Shown here piece by piece: positions 9,145-21,919 of a stretch of DNA of 57,731 bases. The translations under genes were made by a program, and so were the position numbers. The stretch spans positions 1 to 57,731 of the forward strand of contig CAIUQE010000009.1 of the NCBI GenBank assembly GCA_903901225.1, in the 5' to 3' direction. This DNA comes from Candidatus Omnitrophota bacterium (GTDB taxonomy: Bacteria; Omnitrophota; Gorgyraeia; Zapsychrales; Fredricksoniimonadaceae). The notes beneath the pieces are model-generated. The model did no database searches. It worked only from the letters and a program-made list of their open reading frames with translations, and had not been told where the DNA came from. Numbering within the stretch: the stretch's first letter is position 1; every line of letters starts with the position of its first letter.

Positions 9145-9910
9145 TGCCATCCTCCATAACCCTTGACTGTCCGCTGGATTCTCCCAACGCCTCATCCTCC
9201 GCGACAGCAGGCAACGCGTTGGTATGTTTCTCAAGTTCTTCAATGTCCAGGCGGGTTTGTTCCCGGGCGATCTCTTCCCGGTCAACCGCCGGTGCCACGG
9301 CCCCGTTGGCGACAGCCGCCACGGGCGCCGCCTCAGAACCCGCCTCGTTCGTCCTGGCCATGAGCGCGGGAAAATCTTCCAGGCGCGGAAGGTCTTCGAG
9401 AGCGCGCAGGCCGAAATATTCCAGGAACTGGCCCGTCGTCCCATAAACGTAAGGCCTGCCAGGGACTTCCTTGCGGCCCGCGATCTTGATGAGCCCCTTG
9501 TTCAGAAGGTGCATGACCGTCCCGTCGGAATTCACGCCGCGGATCACCTCGACATCCGTCCGCGACACCGGCTGTTTATAAGCGATGATGGCCAGCACTT
9601 CAAGCCCTGCGCGCGAAAGCTTTTCTTTATGGCGGGTCTTGTAGAACTCACGCACATACTCCGCGAAAAGGGAACTCGACAGCATCTGCCACCCGCCCGC
9701 GATCTCAACAACGGTCATGCCGCGCAAGGCCGTGCCCTCGGGAACAACGTCGTAATCATGTTTGAGCCGCTCGAGAACGGCCTTGATGTCCTGCGCCGTC
9801 GAACCCGCCACCACGGACTTGATCTGATCGACCGTCACGGGTTTTTCGCTCACAAACAACAGCGCCTCGACAGCGCCCTTCAAATGGTCCGATTGTCCCT
9901 GGTCCATCAT
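9119..9910 (-). CDS. scpB: SMC-ScpAB condensin subunit ScpB
   Basis: VEALLFVSEKP, LSRAGLEVLAIIAYKQPVSR, GRPYVYGTT..FLEYFGL..L.DLP. Confidence 0.95.
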   Translation of the reverse strand: MMDQGQSDHLKGAVEALLFVSEKPVTVDQIKSVVAGSTAQDIKAVLERLKHDYDVVPEGTALRGMTVVEIAGGWQMLSSSLFAEYVREFYKTRHKEKLSRAGLEVLAIIAYKQPVSRTDVEVIRGVNSDGTVMHLLNKGLIKIAGRKEVPGRPYVYGTTGQFLEYFGLRALEDLPRLEDFPALMARTNEAGSEAAPVAAVANGAVAPAVDREEIAREQTRLDIEELEKHTNALPAVAEDEALGESSGQSRVMEDGNGPQQTSS

Positions 9911-10536
9911 GGCCTCCTCGATGCGGCGTAGATCTCGTTGAGCAGTTCTTCCACCGTGTTAATATCCTTTTTACGCGCCAGCACCCCGGCGATCATCTCA
10001 AGGGCTTCCGCTTTTTTGTATTGCAACTGCACCAGGACATCCAGCGCCTCCTGCTGGAACACCTGCTGTGACACCCCCGCCGGCCCCTTGACCGCCTGGT
10101 CGCCGATAAGGCCGAAACGCCCGACCTTACCCTGCAACTTCGCGATGACGTCCTTCGCCTTCTGCTGGCCTATTCCGGGCAGCGTCTTCAAGAAGGCGGC
10201 ATCACCTTCATCGATCGCGCGCGCGATCTCGGCGATCGACCGGTTGAGCGCCCGCACCGCGGCTTTGGGACCTATCCCGGAAACGGAAATGAATTGAAGG
10301 AAAAAATCTTTTTCCAGCTCGTTCAAAAAACCGATCAAAAACGGCGTGGCCGTGCTGGGCGTCATCTGAAAATAATGGTACGTCGTGAGGGAAATATTAC
10401 CGTTAGGGTCCGTGGCGGCGTCCAGGCGCTGAAAGACAGATGAAGGGACGAACACCTCATAGCCGAGCCCGTCAACCTCGACGACGACGGCATTGTCCTT
10501 TCTTTCAACGACCTTTCCTTTGAGGCGGGAGATCAT
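9907..10536 (-). CDS. ruvA: Holliday junction branch migration protein RuvA
   Basis: MISRLKG, GLGYEV, VSGIGPKAA and LPGIGQQKA HhH motifs. Confidence 0.94.
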   Translation of the reverse strand: MISRLKGKVVERKDNAVVVEVDGLGYEVFVPSSVFQRLDAATDPNGNISLTTYHYFQMTPSTATPFLIGFLNELEKDFFLQFISVSGIGPKAAVRALNRSIAEIARAIDEGDAAFLKTLPGIGQQKAKDVIAKLQGKVGRFGLIGDQAVKGPAGVSQQVFQQEALDVLVQLQYKKAEALEMIAGVLARKKDINTVEELLNEIYAASRRP

Positions 10537-11012
10537 GGAGTTCCCCGACCGGCATGGGCCATCGCGAGCGCCAGCGCGTCTGAAGCGTCAAGCGTAAGCT
10601 TCGCCGGATCAATTTTCAAATAGTTCGCCACCACGCGCCGTGTCTGCTCTTTTGAAGCATTGCCATTGCCAACGACGGCCTTACGCACGCGCTTGGGGCT
10701 TTCCTCAATGTAGTCCACGCCCTTCTGGGCGCATACCAGGCAGATAACGCCGCGCGCGTGCCCCATCACCACCGCGGTCATGGGATGCGCGTAATGCGCG
10801 TAAAGTTTTTCAAGAACTACAACATCAGGCTTCTGCCGGTCGATGATATCGCCCAGGTGCCGGTGGATCTTGACCAGCTTGCCGGCCAGCGGATCACGGG
10901 GGTTGGGCTCGATCGTGCCAACCTCCAGTGCCCTGACGCGCCTGTCAGGACCGCGTTCGACCACACCGTATCCCGTGGCTTTGAGCCCCGGGTCGATCCC
11001 CATCACCCGCAT
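10533..11012 (-). CDS. ruvC: Holliday junction resolvase RuvC
   Basis: MGIDPGLKATGYG, GHARGV, GNGNASKEQ, DASDALALA. Confidence 0.95.
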   Translation of the reverse strand: MRVMGIDPGLKATGYGVVERGPDRRVRALEVGTIEPNPRDPLAGKLVKIHRHLGDIIDRQKPDVVVLEKLYAHYAHPMTAVVMGHARGVICLVCAQKGVDYIEESPKRVRKAVVGNGNASKEQTRRVVANYLKIDPAKLTLDASDALALAMAHAGRGTP

Positions 11013-11029
11013 TGGCTGACCCACCCGCT

Positions 11030-11779
11030 TTACTCTTCCAGCGCGGCCATGTCTTCATCAGAGATGTCAAAATTCGCGTAGACATTCTGGACGTCTTCGT
11101 TATCCTCAAGCGCTTCGATAAGGGCCAGGATATTTTTGGCCTCCTGCCCCGCGATCTTCTTGGTGTTCGTCGGGATCATGGTGACTTCCGCCGATTTCAT
11201 GGCGATCTTCTTGGCGTCAAGCGCTTTCCTCACAGGTTCCAGCGACGTCGGTTCGGTGGTCACCTCATACACATCCCCCTCGACCTTCATGTCTTCGGCA
11301 CCCGCTTCAAGGATGATCTCCATGAGCGCGTCCTCGCCGATCGCCTTGGTCTCGACCTCGATCAAACCCTTCTTGCTGAAAATATACGCTGTCGAACCTG
11401 GCGACGCCAGGGCGCCGTTCTTGCGGGTCAACGCCGTGCGGACTTCCGCCGTTGTGCGGTTCTTGTTGTCCGTCAAGCCTTCAATGAAGATCGCCACGCC
11501 GCCGGGGCCGTAAGCGTCAAAGGTGAATGATTCATAGACAACGCCTTCCACATCGCCCGTCCCCTTCTTGATGGCGTTTTCGACGTTGGTCGACGGCATC
11601 CCCAGCCCGCGCGCGCGCAGCATGGCCGTGCGCAACCGCGGATTCACATCCGGGTCCCCGCCGCCTTCTTTGGCCGCCGTGACGATCTCACGGGTTATCT
11701 TGGTGAACGCCGCGCCGCGCTTGGCATCCGTGACGCCTTTTTTATGCTTGATCTTTGCCCATTTTGAATGACCTGACAT
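11030..11779 (-). CDS. yebC: YebC/PmpR family protein
   Basis: MSGHSKWAKIKHKKG, YGPGGVA, TDNKNRT, EDVQNVYANF. Confidence 0.96.
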   Translation of the reverse strand: MSGHSKWAKIKHKKGVTDAKRGAAFTKITREIVTAAKEGGGDPDVNPRLRTAMLRARGLGMPSTNVENAIKKGTGDVEGVVYESFTFDAYGPGGVAIFIEGLTDNKNRTTAEVRTALTRKNGALASPGSTAYIFSKKGLIEVETKAIGEDALMEIILEAGAEDMKVEGDVYEVTTEPTSLEPVRKALDAKKIAMKSAEVTMIPTNTKKIAGQEAKNILALIEALEDNEDVQNVYANFDISDEDMAALEE

Positions 11780-11836
11780 CTACGTCTCCTTGTTTGTTCA
11801 ACTTTAGAAAATCATTTTTTCACTTTTTGCTGAACG

Positions 11837-12205
11837 TTCGCCACATAAGCCGAGTTCTGTTCTTTCCGGCGAACCTTGCGGCCCGCCGAAAAGGACGACC
11901 ATCCAACTTACTCCCGGAGTTGCCCCCAGGACTCTTGCGGCCTACCCGAGGATCTAACGGGACGGATCGCCCCGCACTCCGGCCACTTTCATGGCACGGA
12001 ATATCTCCTCTATTTGGCCTTGCTCCGCGCAGAGATCGCCCGTTTCACCCCCCACTGAAGGGGTTCGTCCCTGTGGCTCTATTCGCCCGCCCTGTGTTTG
12101 CGTGAGCAAAACAGGACGTCCCCAGCATTATCTGGGTGCGCTATCCTTTGGAGCTCGGACTTTCCTCCCCCATGATGAACACATCGGGGCGGTCGTCGTG
12201 GCTTG
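11837..12205 (-). ncRNA. rnpB: RNase P RNA (type A)
   Basis: Minus strand contains GAGGAAAGTCCGAGCTCC near the 5' end and ACAGAACTCGGCTTA near the 3' end (P4 pseudoknot), GCCAC/GTGGC P1, and GGGTGAAACGG..GCAAGGCCAAATAG. Ends approximate. Confidence 0.93.
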
Positions 12206-12614
12206 CGTCCTGCAAAACATTCTTTTTAAGAGCGGACGTGGCCAACCGGTCAGCTTCCTGATTCTCTTCCCGGGGGACCACCTTGCATTCAACATTCTTG
12301 AAACGTTTTAAAAGCGCAACGGCCTTTTCATACAAAGGCTTCATGTTGACATGCTTGACCTTGTACTTGCCTTTGATCTGATAAAACAAAAGCTCGCTGT
12401 CGGTGCGTAACTTGACCTGCTCGGCGCCAAGTGCCTGCGCCGCCTCGATCCCGCGGATAAACGCCCGGTATTCAGCGATATTATTTGTCGCAACGCCGAT
12501 AGGTTCGGATATTTCCTTGACGATCACGCCATCGCGGCGGATCACGACGCCGATAGCCGCGGGGCCCGGATTGCCGCTGCAGGCGCCGTCAGAAAAGATC
12601 TCCCACGCGATCAT
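12141..12614 (-). CDS. rnhA: Ribonuclease HI
   Basis: SDGACSGNPGPAAIG, TNNIAEY, TDSELL, REENQEADRLA; C-terminal tail encoded within rnpB. Confidence 0.93.
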   Translation of the reverse strand: MIAWEIFSDGACSGNPGPAAIGVVIRRDGVIVKEISEPIGVATNNIAEYRAFIRGIEAAQALGAEQVKLRTDSELLFYQIKGKYKVKHVNMKPLYEKAVALLKRFKNVECKVVPREENQEADRLATSALKKNVLQDASHDDRPDVFIMGEESPSSKG

Positions 12615-13339
12615 GAAAGCGCGCTCTCAAGATAAAGGATCCTGGCGCACGTTTCACAGCGCACGACCTCATCACAGATCGCCAACTTGTTGAGCATCTG
12701 CGCGGTTTGTTTCATATAACATCCGCCGCACGTATCATTAACGATCGGCACCATGGCCAAACCATGGCGATTTTCAACCAGGCGCTCATACATGGCCAGC
12801 GTGGCCTTGTCGATCCCCTGACAGGCGTCGTTGCGCTGGGCTTCAAACGTCGCGACCTTGTCCAAAAGGACTTTCACCGCGGCGTCCACCTTGTCCTTCT
12901 CGGCCAGGTAGATCTTTTCTTCTCCGTCGACGATCGCCTTTTCTTTGGCCATGTCTTCCGTGAGCCGGGCACTGTCATCGAATAACCTGAGAATGGCATC
13001 CTCAAGGAGCGACTTATCTGCCTTCTTGTTCTCGATCTCAAATAACTTGGCCTGATATTCCTTGTTGGTTTTCAGGGACATCAGATCCGTGTTGGCCTTA
13101 ACGATCTCCTGTTCTAAGGATCTCAGATCAAGCTCCTTGGCCTTGCGGGCACGCTCAAGCTCCTGCGCGCGGGTTTCGAGCTCCTGATAACGGGTCAATT
13201 TCTTGTCAAACTTGGCCTTGATGCCTTCGAGAAGGGCGGGCTGTTCTTTGATCGCGCGCTTGAATTCGTAAACCTCGGCATCGATCTTCTGCAGCGCGAC
13301 GAGTTTCTTCAGCTGGTCCTTCACATTCGTTTCGGCCAC
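12611..13339 (-). CDS. Coiled-coil protein with C-terminal C4-type zinc ribbon (CT398/DUF164-like)
   Basis: Long coiled coil then CGGC...CETCARILY; usual position upstream of rnhA/rnpB. Confidence 0.9.
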   Translation of the reverse strand: MAETNVKDQLKKLVALQKIDAEVYEFKRAIKEQPALLEGIKAKFDKKLTRYQELETRAQELERARKAKELDLRSLEQEIVKANTDLMSLKTNKEYQAKLFEIENKKADKSLLEDAILRLFDDSARLTEDMAKEKAIVDGEEKIYLAEKDKVDAAVKVLLDKVATFEAQRNDACQGIDKATLAMYERLVENRHGLAMVPIVNDTCGGCYMKQTAQMLNKLAICDEVVRCETCARILYLESALS

Positions 13340-13378
13340 AAGGATAACCTTTCGTTATGAAGTATTTCAATACTTCTA

Positions 13379-13556
13379 GTTGTGCTCTGCCCTCGCACAG
13401 CTCGGCCAGGCACTACTTATACCTCTGGTTGTGCTCTGCCCTCGCACAGCTCGGCCAGGCACTACTTATACCTCTGGTTGTGCTCTGCCCTCGCGGAGCT
13501 CGGCCAGGCACTACTTATACCTCTGGTTGTGCTCTGCCCTCGCGGAGCTCGGCCAG
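13379..13556. repeat. 49-bp tandem repeat, 3.6 copies, each unit palindromic
   Basis: Unit GTTGTGCTCTGCCCTCGC(AC/GG)AGCTCGGCCAGGCACTACTTATACCTCTG starting at 13379, 13428, 13477 and 13526 (partial). Confidence 0.97.
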
Positions 13557-13558
13557 AG

Positions 13559-13640
13559 CACCATTTTTGTTCTCCCATATTGCGCTAAATGTTCCACAAT
13601 TCTGGTTGGAACATTTAGCGCTTAAAGAACAAAAATGGTG
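13559..13640. repeat. Nested inverted repeat (two 15-bp stems) including the tRNA 3' end
   Basis: CACCATTTTTGTTCT (13559-13573) / AGAACAAAAATGGTG (13626-13640) enclosing GCGCTAAATGTTCCA / TGGAACATTTAGCGC. Confidence 0.9.
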
Positions 13641-13712
13641 GACGCAGAAGGACTTGAACCTTCGACCTCTGCCATGTGAGGGCAGCGCTCTAACCAGCTG
13701 AGCTATGCGTCC
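13636..13712 (-). tRNA. tRNA-Val(CAC)
   Basis: GGACGCATAGCTCAGCTGGTTAGAGCGCTGCCCTCACATGGCAGAGGTCGAAGGTTCAAGTCCTTCTGCGTCCACCA; cloverleaf, CCA encoded. Confidence 0.96.
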
Positions 13713-13746
13713 GAAATGATAGTTTAAAAGAACTTTATAATAAAAC

Positions 13747-13820
13747 TGGGCCCACCTGGACTCGAACCAGGGACCAAGAGATTATGAGTCTCCTGCTCTA
13801 ACCGACTGAGCTACAGGCCC
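13747..13820 (-). tRNA. tRNA with CAT anticodon, most likely tRNA-Ile2 (lysidine)
   Basis: GGGCCTGTAGCTCAGTCGGTTAGAGCAGGAGACTCATAATCTCTTGGTCCCTGGTTCGAGTCCAGGTGGGCCCA; G1-C72 pair, no initiator features, CCA not encoded, lies downstream of rpoD. Confidence 0.9.
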
Positions 13821-13883
13821 GAAACCCTGGTACGATGATTTTCATCAAGATTACGAAATAAAATCCATAAAAACAGCTCAAAA

Positions 13884-13912
13884 AGAATATCATATGTAAT
13901 AAATATTATCAA
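13884..13912 (-). promoter_or_regulatory. Putative promoter of the tRNA pair
   Basis: TTGATA-17 nt-TATTCT in an AT-rich intergenic region; alternatives are possible. Confidence 0.35.
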
Positions 13913-13929
13913 CTTATATAAAGCAAGCA

Positions 13930-13967
13930 AAAAAGGCCTGTTTGAGTTTCCCCAAACAGGCCTTTTT
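13930..13967. terminator. Rho-independent terminator after rpoD (bidirectional form)
   Basis: AAAAAGGCCTGTTTG-AGTTTCCC-CAAACAGGCCTTTTT. Confidence 0.88.
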
Positions 13968-13987
13968 AACTTAAGCATTACGTGACA

Positions 13988-15574
13988 TCAGATCACGTGA
14001 TCCTCTTTGACCGACATGTCCAGGAACATCTTGATGCGCCGGGAACGGGTCGGATGGCGCAGCTTCCGCAGGGCCTTGGATTCGATCTGGCGCACGCGTT
14101 CACGCGTCACGTTGAATTCAGCGCCCACTTCTTCCAGCGTCCGGCTGGTACCGTCCACGATCCCGAAACGCAATTCCAGGATCTTGCGCTCGCGCTCGTC
14201 CAGGGTGTCAAGGACCGCCTGGATCTCGTCCTTGAGCATGGAATGCAGCGTGGCGTTGGCCGGTGAAATGGCCTTCTTGTCCTCGATGAAATCCCCGAAG
14301 TTCGTATCGCCTTCATCGCCGATGGGCGTCTGCAGGGATATCGGCACCTGGGATATCTTCATGATCTCCTTGACCTTGCTGGCCGGGATCTTCATCTGCT
14401 TGGCGATCTCCTGCGCCGCGGGCTCGCGGCCGTTCTCCTGCACGAAAAGGCGGGAGATGCGGATGATCTTGTTGATCGTTTCGGTCATGTGCACCGGGAT
14501 ACGGATGGTGCGCGCCTGGTCGGCGATCGAGCGCGTGATCGCCTGGCGGATCCACCACGTGGCGTACGTCGAAAACTTGTAGCCGCGCTTGTATTCGAAC
14601 TTCTCGACCGCGCGGATCAGGCCCATGTTGCCTTCCTGGATCAGGTCGAGGAACGACAAGCCGCGGTTGATGTATTTCTTCGCGATGCTGACCACAAGGC
14701 GCAGGTTCGCTTCCACCAGCTTCTTCTTGGCCTTGTTGAACTGGGTCTGGCGCATGCGGATCACGCGCAACTGCTCGCGCACGCGGACAACAGGTTCGAT
14801 AAGGTCCTTGAGCAAACGGCTTTTTTCTTCCAGGACCTGCTTGCGGGTCGTATCGATCTTTTTCATGCCCAGCAACTTGTCGCAGCGGTGCAGGCGGTAA
14901 AGGATCTCGTCGATACGGCCGATGATCTGTTCGTTGACCGACGCTGTCAACTTGAAGTCTGCCACGCTGGCGATCGCCTCCGTGATCTTTTTGACACGGC
15001 GGGCCTTTTCCAGGGTGTGCTTGAGGTCCTTGAGCAACGTCGGACGGCGTTCCAACTCATCCTTGACCACGTCCTCAACACTGATCTCCCCCTTGAGGGC
15101 GCGATCGATCGTGTTCATGGCCTCGCGCCGCGCGTAAGCATTGACGAAGAGCGCTTCCGCGAACTTGAACTCCGCTTCCTCGATGCGCTTGGCGAGCGAT
15201 ATCTCCTCTTCGCGCGTCAACAGCGAGATGGAACCCATCTGCTTGAGGTACATCTTCACCGGATCATCGAGCGGGATGAATTTTTCCGCGTAAACGTTAT
15301 CTTCCTCGGCGCTTTCATCGGCGGGACGCTTGGCCTGCTCGCGCGCGTCTTCCGCGGCCGCGTCGCTCTCCACCTGCTCTTCCTCGCCTGAATCCACGAC
15401 CCTGATACCTTTTCCGTCAAGGATCTCAAAGACCTGGTCAATATCTTCGGAAGAAGCAATGGAATCGGAAAGGGTCTCATTGACCTCATCATAGGTCAAA
15501 AACCCCTTCTTTTTCCCTGAAGCCACGAGCTTCTCCAGGTCCTGCTGGAAATCTTTTTCTTTTTCTTCCTTCAT
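13988..15574 (-). CDS. rpoD: Primary sigma factor RpoD
   Basis: Region 1.1, [60 protein letters not shown]. Confidence 0.98.
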   Translation of the reverse strand: MKEEKEKDFQQDLEKLVASGKKKGFLTYDEVNETLSDSIASSEDIDQVFEILDGKGIRVVDSGEEEQVESDAAAEDAREQAKRPADESAEEDNVYAEKFIPLDDPVKMYLKQMGSISLLTREEEISLAKRIEEAEFKFAEALFVNAYARREAMNTIDRALKGEISVEDVVKDELERRPTLLKDLKHTLEKARRVKKITEAIASVADFKLTASVNEQIIGRIDEILYRLHRCDKLLGMKKIDTTRKQVLEEKSRLLKDLIEPVVRVREQLRVIRMRQTQFNKAKKKLVEANLRLVVSIAKKYINRGLSFLDLIQEGNMGLIRAVEKFEYKRGYKFSTYATWWIRQAITRSIADQARTIRIPVHMTETINKIIRISRLFVQENGREPAAQEIAKQMKIPASKVKEIMKISQVPISLQTPIGDEGDTNFGDFIEDKKAISPANATLHSMLKDEIQAVLDTLDERERKILELRFGIVDGTSRTLEEVGAEFNVTRERVRQIESKALRKLRHPTRSRRIKMFLDMSVKEDHVI

Positions 15575-15581
15575 TACAACC

Positions 15582-17381
15582 TCACCCTTTTAGGAGCTGA
15601 TTGAATTCTTCCTGAGCGCGCCTGAGCGCTTCATGATCACCCGACTTCTCGGCCTGGCGGATCTTTTCTCTCCATTGTTCGCGCTTGACCTTGCGGTCAC
15701 GGTCACGGATGCGCTTGAGGCAGTCCGCGAACGCTTTCTCGGCGGTCTTGGGGGCCATGGCATCCGGCTCCGAGGCGATGGCCATCAGCTTGCGCCGCAG
15801 CCCTTCATCCTCGAACGCCCCCACCAGCGCGGCCGGCCCGGCGTCACGCCCTTCGTCCAACAGGCCGTAAGCGACCGCCAGCACCTTCCGTGCCGCTGCC
15901 CCGGGAAGATCACCGGGGTCGATCCGCGCCCGCGCTTCTTTCAGCCAGCGCGCATCCGCCATGACGAACCGTAACAGCCATTCCTCATCAGAGGAGAACC
16001 CGGCGTTCAACGCGGGGTCAGGGGCATTGGTCCTCATATCAGCGGGACGCGGCAGTGCCGGGCGCTTCTTCAAAATATTCTGCCGTTCAGCCTCGATCTC
16101 GTATTCGTTCACGCTGAGCGCCGAGCGGAGCTCCTTCAAATAAGCGCTCTTGACGCTCGTGTTGGCAACCTTTTCGATGGTCGTCAGCATCTCGCGGAGG
16201 ATGACCCCGCGGCCTTCGGCCGTGCGAGCGTCGAACTCCAGTTTCAGCCGCTGCAGCTTGAACTCAAAGAGGCTTTTGGCCTCGCGCACATAACGGCGAA
16301 AATCTTCAACCCCGAATTTCTGGATGAACGAGTCCGGGTCTTCCCCGTCGGCCAGTGCCGCGACCCTGACATCCATCTCCTCTTCCAGCAGGACATCGAG
16401 GCTTCTCAGCGCCGCCGACTGCCCCGCGGGGTCCATATCAAACAGCATCGTGACATTGCGCGTATAGCGCCGTATCAGCCGGATCTGGTCCGGCGTCAGC
16501 GCCGTTCCCTGTGACGCGGCGACATTTTCAACCCCCGCCACGAACGGCCTGATGAAATCCAGGTACCCCTCAACAATGATCACCCTGTCCTCACGGGCCA
16601 GCGCGTCCTTGGCCCAGTGCAATCCGTAAAGATGCCGCCCCTTGGTATAAACCGGCGTCTCGGGTGAATTGATATACTTCGCCTTGTCGTCCTTCTTCAA
16701 GGCCCGCGCGCCAAAAGCAACGGGGCGGCCGCGGTAATCAAAGATCGGGAACATCACCCGTCCGCGGAACCGGTCGTAAGAACCTTTCTTCGCGCCGTCC
16801 TCACGGGTGACAACGAGACCTGACTTGTCAATGATCGCCGCTTCAAATCCCTTGGACCGCAAATGCCGCGTCAACCCGTCCCACGCGTCGTAACTGTAGC
16901 CGATCTTGAAACGCTTCACCGCGTCAAGGTTCAGCTTGCGTTCCTTCAAATATTCCCGCGCGATCCCCACTTCCTTTTCGCGGCCGGTGACCAGGTTGCC
17001 GTGAAAATATTCCACGGCCGCGGCATTGGCCGCAAAGATCGTGTCCCTGATCGCGTTCTGCTTCTGGCTATCGGCATCGCGGCCCGTCTCCGGGACCTCG
17101 ATCCCCGCCTTCGCGGCCAGGAACCGCACCGCTTCAGGAAATTCCATCCTTTCCTGCTTCACCACGAACGAGATGGCGTTACCGCCGGCCCCGCAACCGA
17201 AACAGTGGAATATCTGCTTGTCAGGCGTCACCACGAACGACGGGGTCTTCTCGTTATGAAAAGGACAAAGAGCTTTATAATTCTTTCCCGCGCGCTTCAG
17301 CGGCGTGTAACTTCCGATAAGTTCCGCGATGTCGGTCCGTTCCAGGACCCGCGTTATGATCTCTTCCGGGATAAGGCTCAC
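15582..17381 (-). CDS. dnaG: DNA primase
   Basis: [16 protein letters not shown] zinc finger, KYINSPET, Toprim VEGYLD and FDMDPAG. Confidence 0.98.
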   Translation of the reverse strand: MSLIPEEIITRVLERTDIAELIGSYTPLKRAGKNYKALCPFHNEKTPSFVVTPDKQIFHCFGCGAGGNAISFVVKQERMEFPEAVRFLAAKAGIEVPETGRDADSQKQNAIRDTIFAANAAAVEYFHGNLVTGREKEVGIAREYLKERKLNLDAVKRFKIGYSYDAWDGLTRHLRSKGFEAAIIDKSGLVVTREDGAKKGSYDRFRGRVMFPIFDYRGRPVAFGARALKKDDKAKYINSPETPVYTKGRHLYGLHWAKDALAREDRVIIVEGYLDFIRPFVAGVENVAASQGTALTPDQIRLIRRYTRNVTMLFDMDPAGQSAALRSLDVLLEEEMDVRVAALADGEDPDSFIQKFGVEDFRRYVREAKSLFEFKLQRLKLEFDARTAEGRGVILREMLTTIEKVANTSVKSAYLKELRSALSVNEYEIEAERQNILKKRPALPRPADMRTNAPDPALNAGFSSDEEWLLRFVMADARWLKEARARIDPGDLPGAAARKVLAVAYGLLDEGRDAGPAALVGAFEDEGLRRKLMAIASEPDAMAPKTAEKAFADCLKRIRDRDRKVKREQWREKIRQAEKSGDHEALRRAQEEFNQLLKG

Positions 17382-17400
17382 GGCAATATTCTCCGCCGGT

Positions 17401-17970
17401 TCAACGCTTCCCGGTCACAACCAATTGATCGAACACGGCCTGATTGACCTTCTCGTCCGGGTAAAACTTCGTGACCAGCCCCTGGGTGATCTTGCGATAC
17501 GCTTCAGGCGCGACGGGCAGGACGTATTTCTGCGAAAAAGACGCCCGCGTGATATGCTGCATGTACGGCTGGCCGGTCAGTAAAAAAAGAAAAAGAAAGA
17601 GGCTCGCGGTAAGAAAGAACCGGGCCACCGAGATAATGGCCGCGCCCCAGCGGTCCACCACCGATATTGTCTGTACCGTAAAAACCATACCAAGGCCATC
17701 GCGCAAATACCGGAACACAAAAAGGACAACCAGCCAGATAGCAGCAAAAGACAAGGTTTGGGTAGCCGGTGCCGGGAACTTGGAAAAATGGCCTATGAGA
17801 ACAGCCAGTTTCACGTAATAATGAAAAGCGGCGAATACGGCAACGAGAGTACCGAGGTTCTTGATGAGCTCCGCGACAAATCCGCTGTTGATCGCGCTGT
17901 AAACCGTCCGCACCGCAAGCGCGATAAGGAGAAGGTCGATCCCGTTCAGTTTTCTCAAAAATTCCATCAT
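17401..17970 (-). CDS. cvpA: CvpA (colicin V production) family membrane protein
   Basis: NGIDLLL..GFVAEL, four TM segments, VDRWGAAIISVAR. Confidence 0.78.
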   Translation of the reverse strand: MMEFLRKLNGIDLLLIALAVRTVYSAINSGFVAELIKNLGTLVAVFAAFHYYVKLAVLIGHFSKFPAPATQTLSFAAIWLVVLFVFRYLRDGLGMVFTVQTISVVDRWGAAIISVARFFLTASLFLFLFLLTGQPYMQHITRASFSQKYVLPVAPEAYRKITQGLVTKFYPDEKVNQAVFDQLVVTGKR

Positions 17971-17993
17971 GGTTTATCACTCCAAAGTGCTGA

Positions 17994-18023
17994 AGTATAA
18001 CATATGCATTTCGGAAGTGTCAA
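17994..18023 (-). promoter_or_regulatory. Sigma70 promoter for cvpA-dnaG-rpoD
   Basis: TTGACA-18 nt-TATACT with an extended -10 TG. Confidence 0.7.
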
Positions 18024-18029
18024 GGTTCG

Positions 18030-18068
18030 AAAAAAAGAAGCCAAAGGAGGGAATCCTTTGGCTTTCTT
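18030..18068 (-). terminator. Rho-independent terminator after smc
   Basis: AGCCAAAGGA-GGGAA-TCCTTTGGCT stem with a T-run on the minus strand. Confidence 0.8.
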
Positions 18069-18100
18069 GATGTTACGTTCTTGCGAAAAAATACAGAGAC

Positions 18101-21466
<3,366 letters not shown>

Positions 21467-21516
21467 GGGGCTGAGCTCCTTTGAAAAATGTCTGCCCTGC
21501 GATTGCGCGCGGGACC

Positions 21517-21720
21517 TTATTCTTTAACAGCCTGGGGTTCCTGCGCTTTGGCGTCGTCCTCAAGCCACGCGTCGATCCGCTGTTTGCGGAACCGCCACAG
21601 GCCGACGATCTTGACGGCCGGGATCTTGTCTTTCTTGACCCAGTCGTAAACCGTGCGTTTTTTGACACGCAGGTATTCCGCCACTTCATCGATGGTCATC
21701 AACTGCCCGAACTGTTCCAT
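21517..21720 (-). CDS. Excisionase/MerR-like helix-turn-helix DNA-binding protein (67 aa)
   Basis: LMTIDEVAEYLRVKKRTVYDWVKKDKIPAVKIVGLWRFRKQRIDAWL; GAGG RBS before the ATG at 21720. Confidence 0.88.
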   Translation of the reverse strand: MEQFGQLMTIDEVAEYLRVKKRTVYDWVKKDKIPAVKIVGLWRFRKQRIDAWLEDDAKAQEPQAVKE

Positions 21721-21796
21721 ACGCCCCTCGCTCGAATTGTTACATATTGGGATAAACAGCCGCCGAAGGTACCAGATATGGCACCATGGCATTTTC

Positions 21797-21829
21797 AATT
21801 TATTGATAAAAGATGGGCTTGTCAATAAA
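21797..21829 (-). promoter_or_regulatory. Sigma70 promoter of the HTH-smc unit with an overlapping 8-bp inverted repeat
   Basis: TTGACA-17 nt-TAAATT; TTTATTGA (21799-21806) / TCAATAAA (21822-21829). Confidence 0.55.
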
Positions 21830-21919
21830 GGAATGAATTATTATGCTGACGCATACAAACAACGCGTGCGGTATTTTGACATTCTATCGCATAGAATGCC
21901 GGCTCACAAGCTCACGGCA

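Noticed and set aside
13379-13556. CRISPR array
   Set aside because: The 17-nt linkers are identical rather than unique spacers, and there are no cas genes; it is a tandem duplication.
13357-13701. Short ORFs over the repeat, tRNA and rnpB regions (also 11755-12311)
   Set aside because: Translations of repeat or structural RNA sequence.
13747-13820. Initiator tRNA-fMet
   Set aside because: It has a paired G1-C72 and lacks the three G-C pairs in the anticodon stem; elongator Met cannot be fully excluded.
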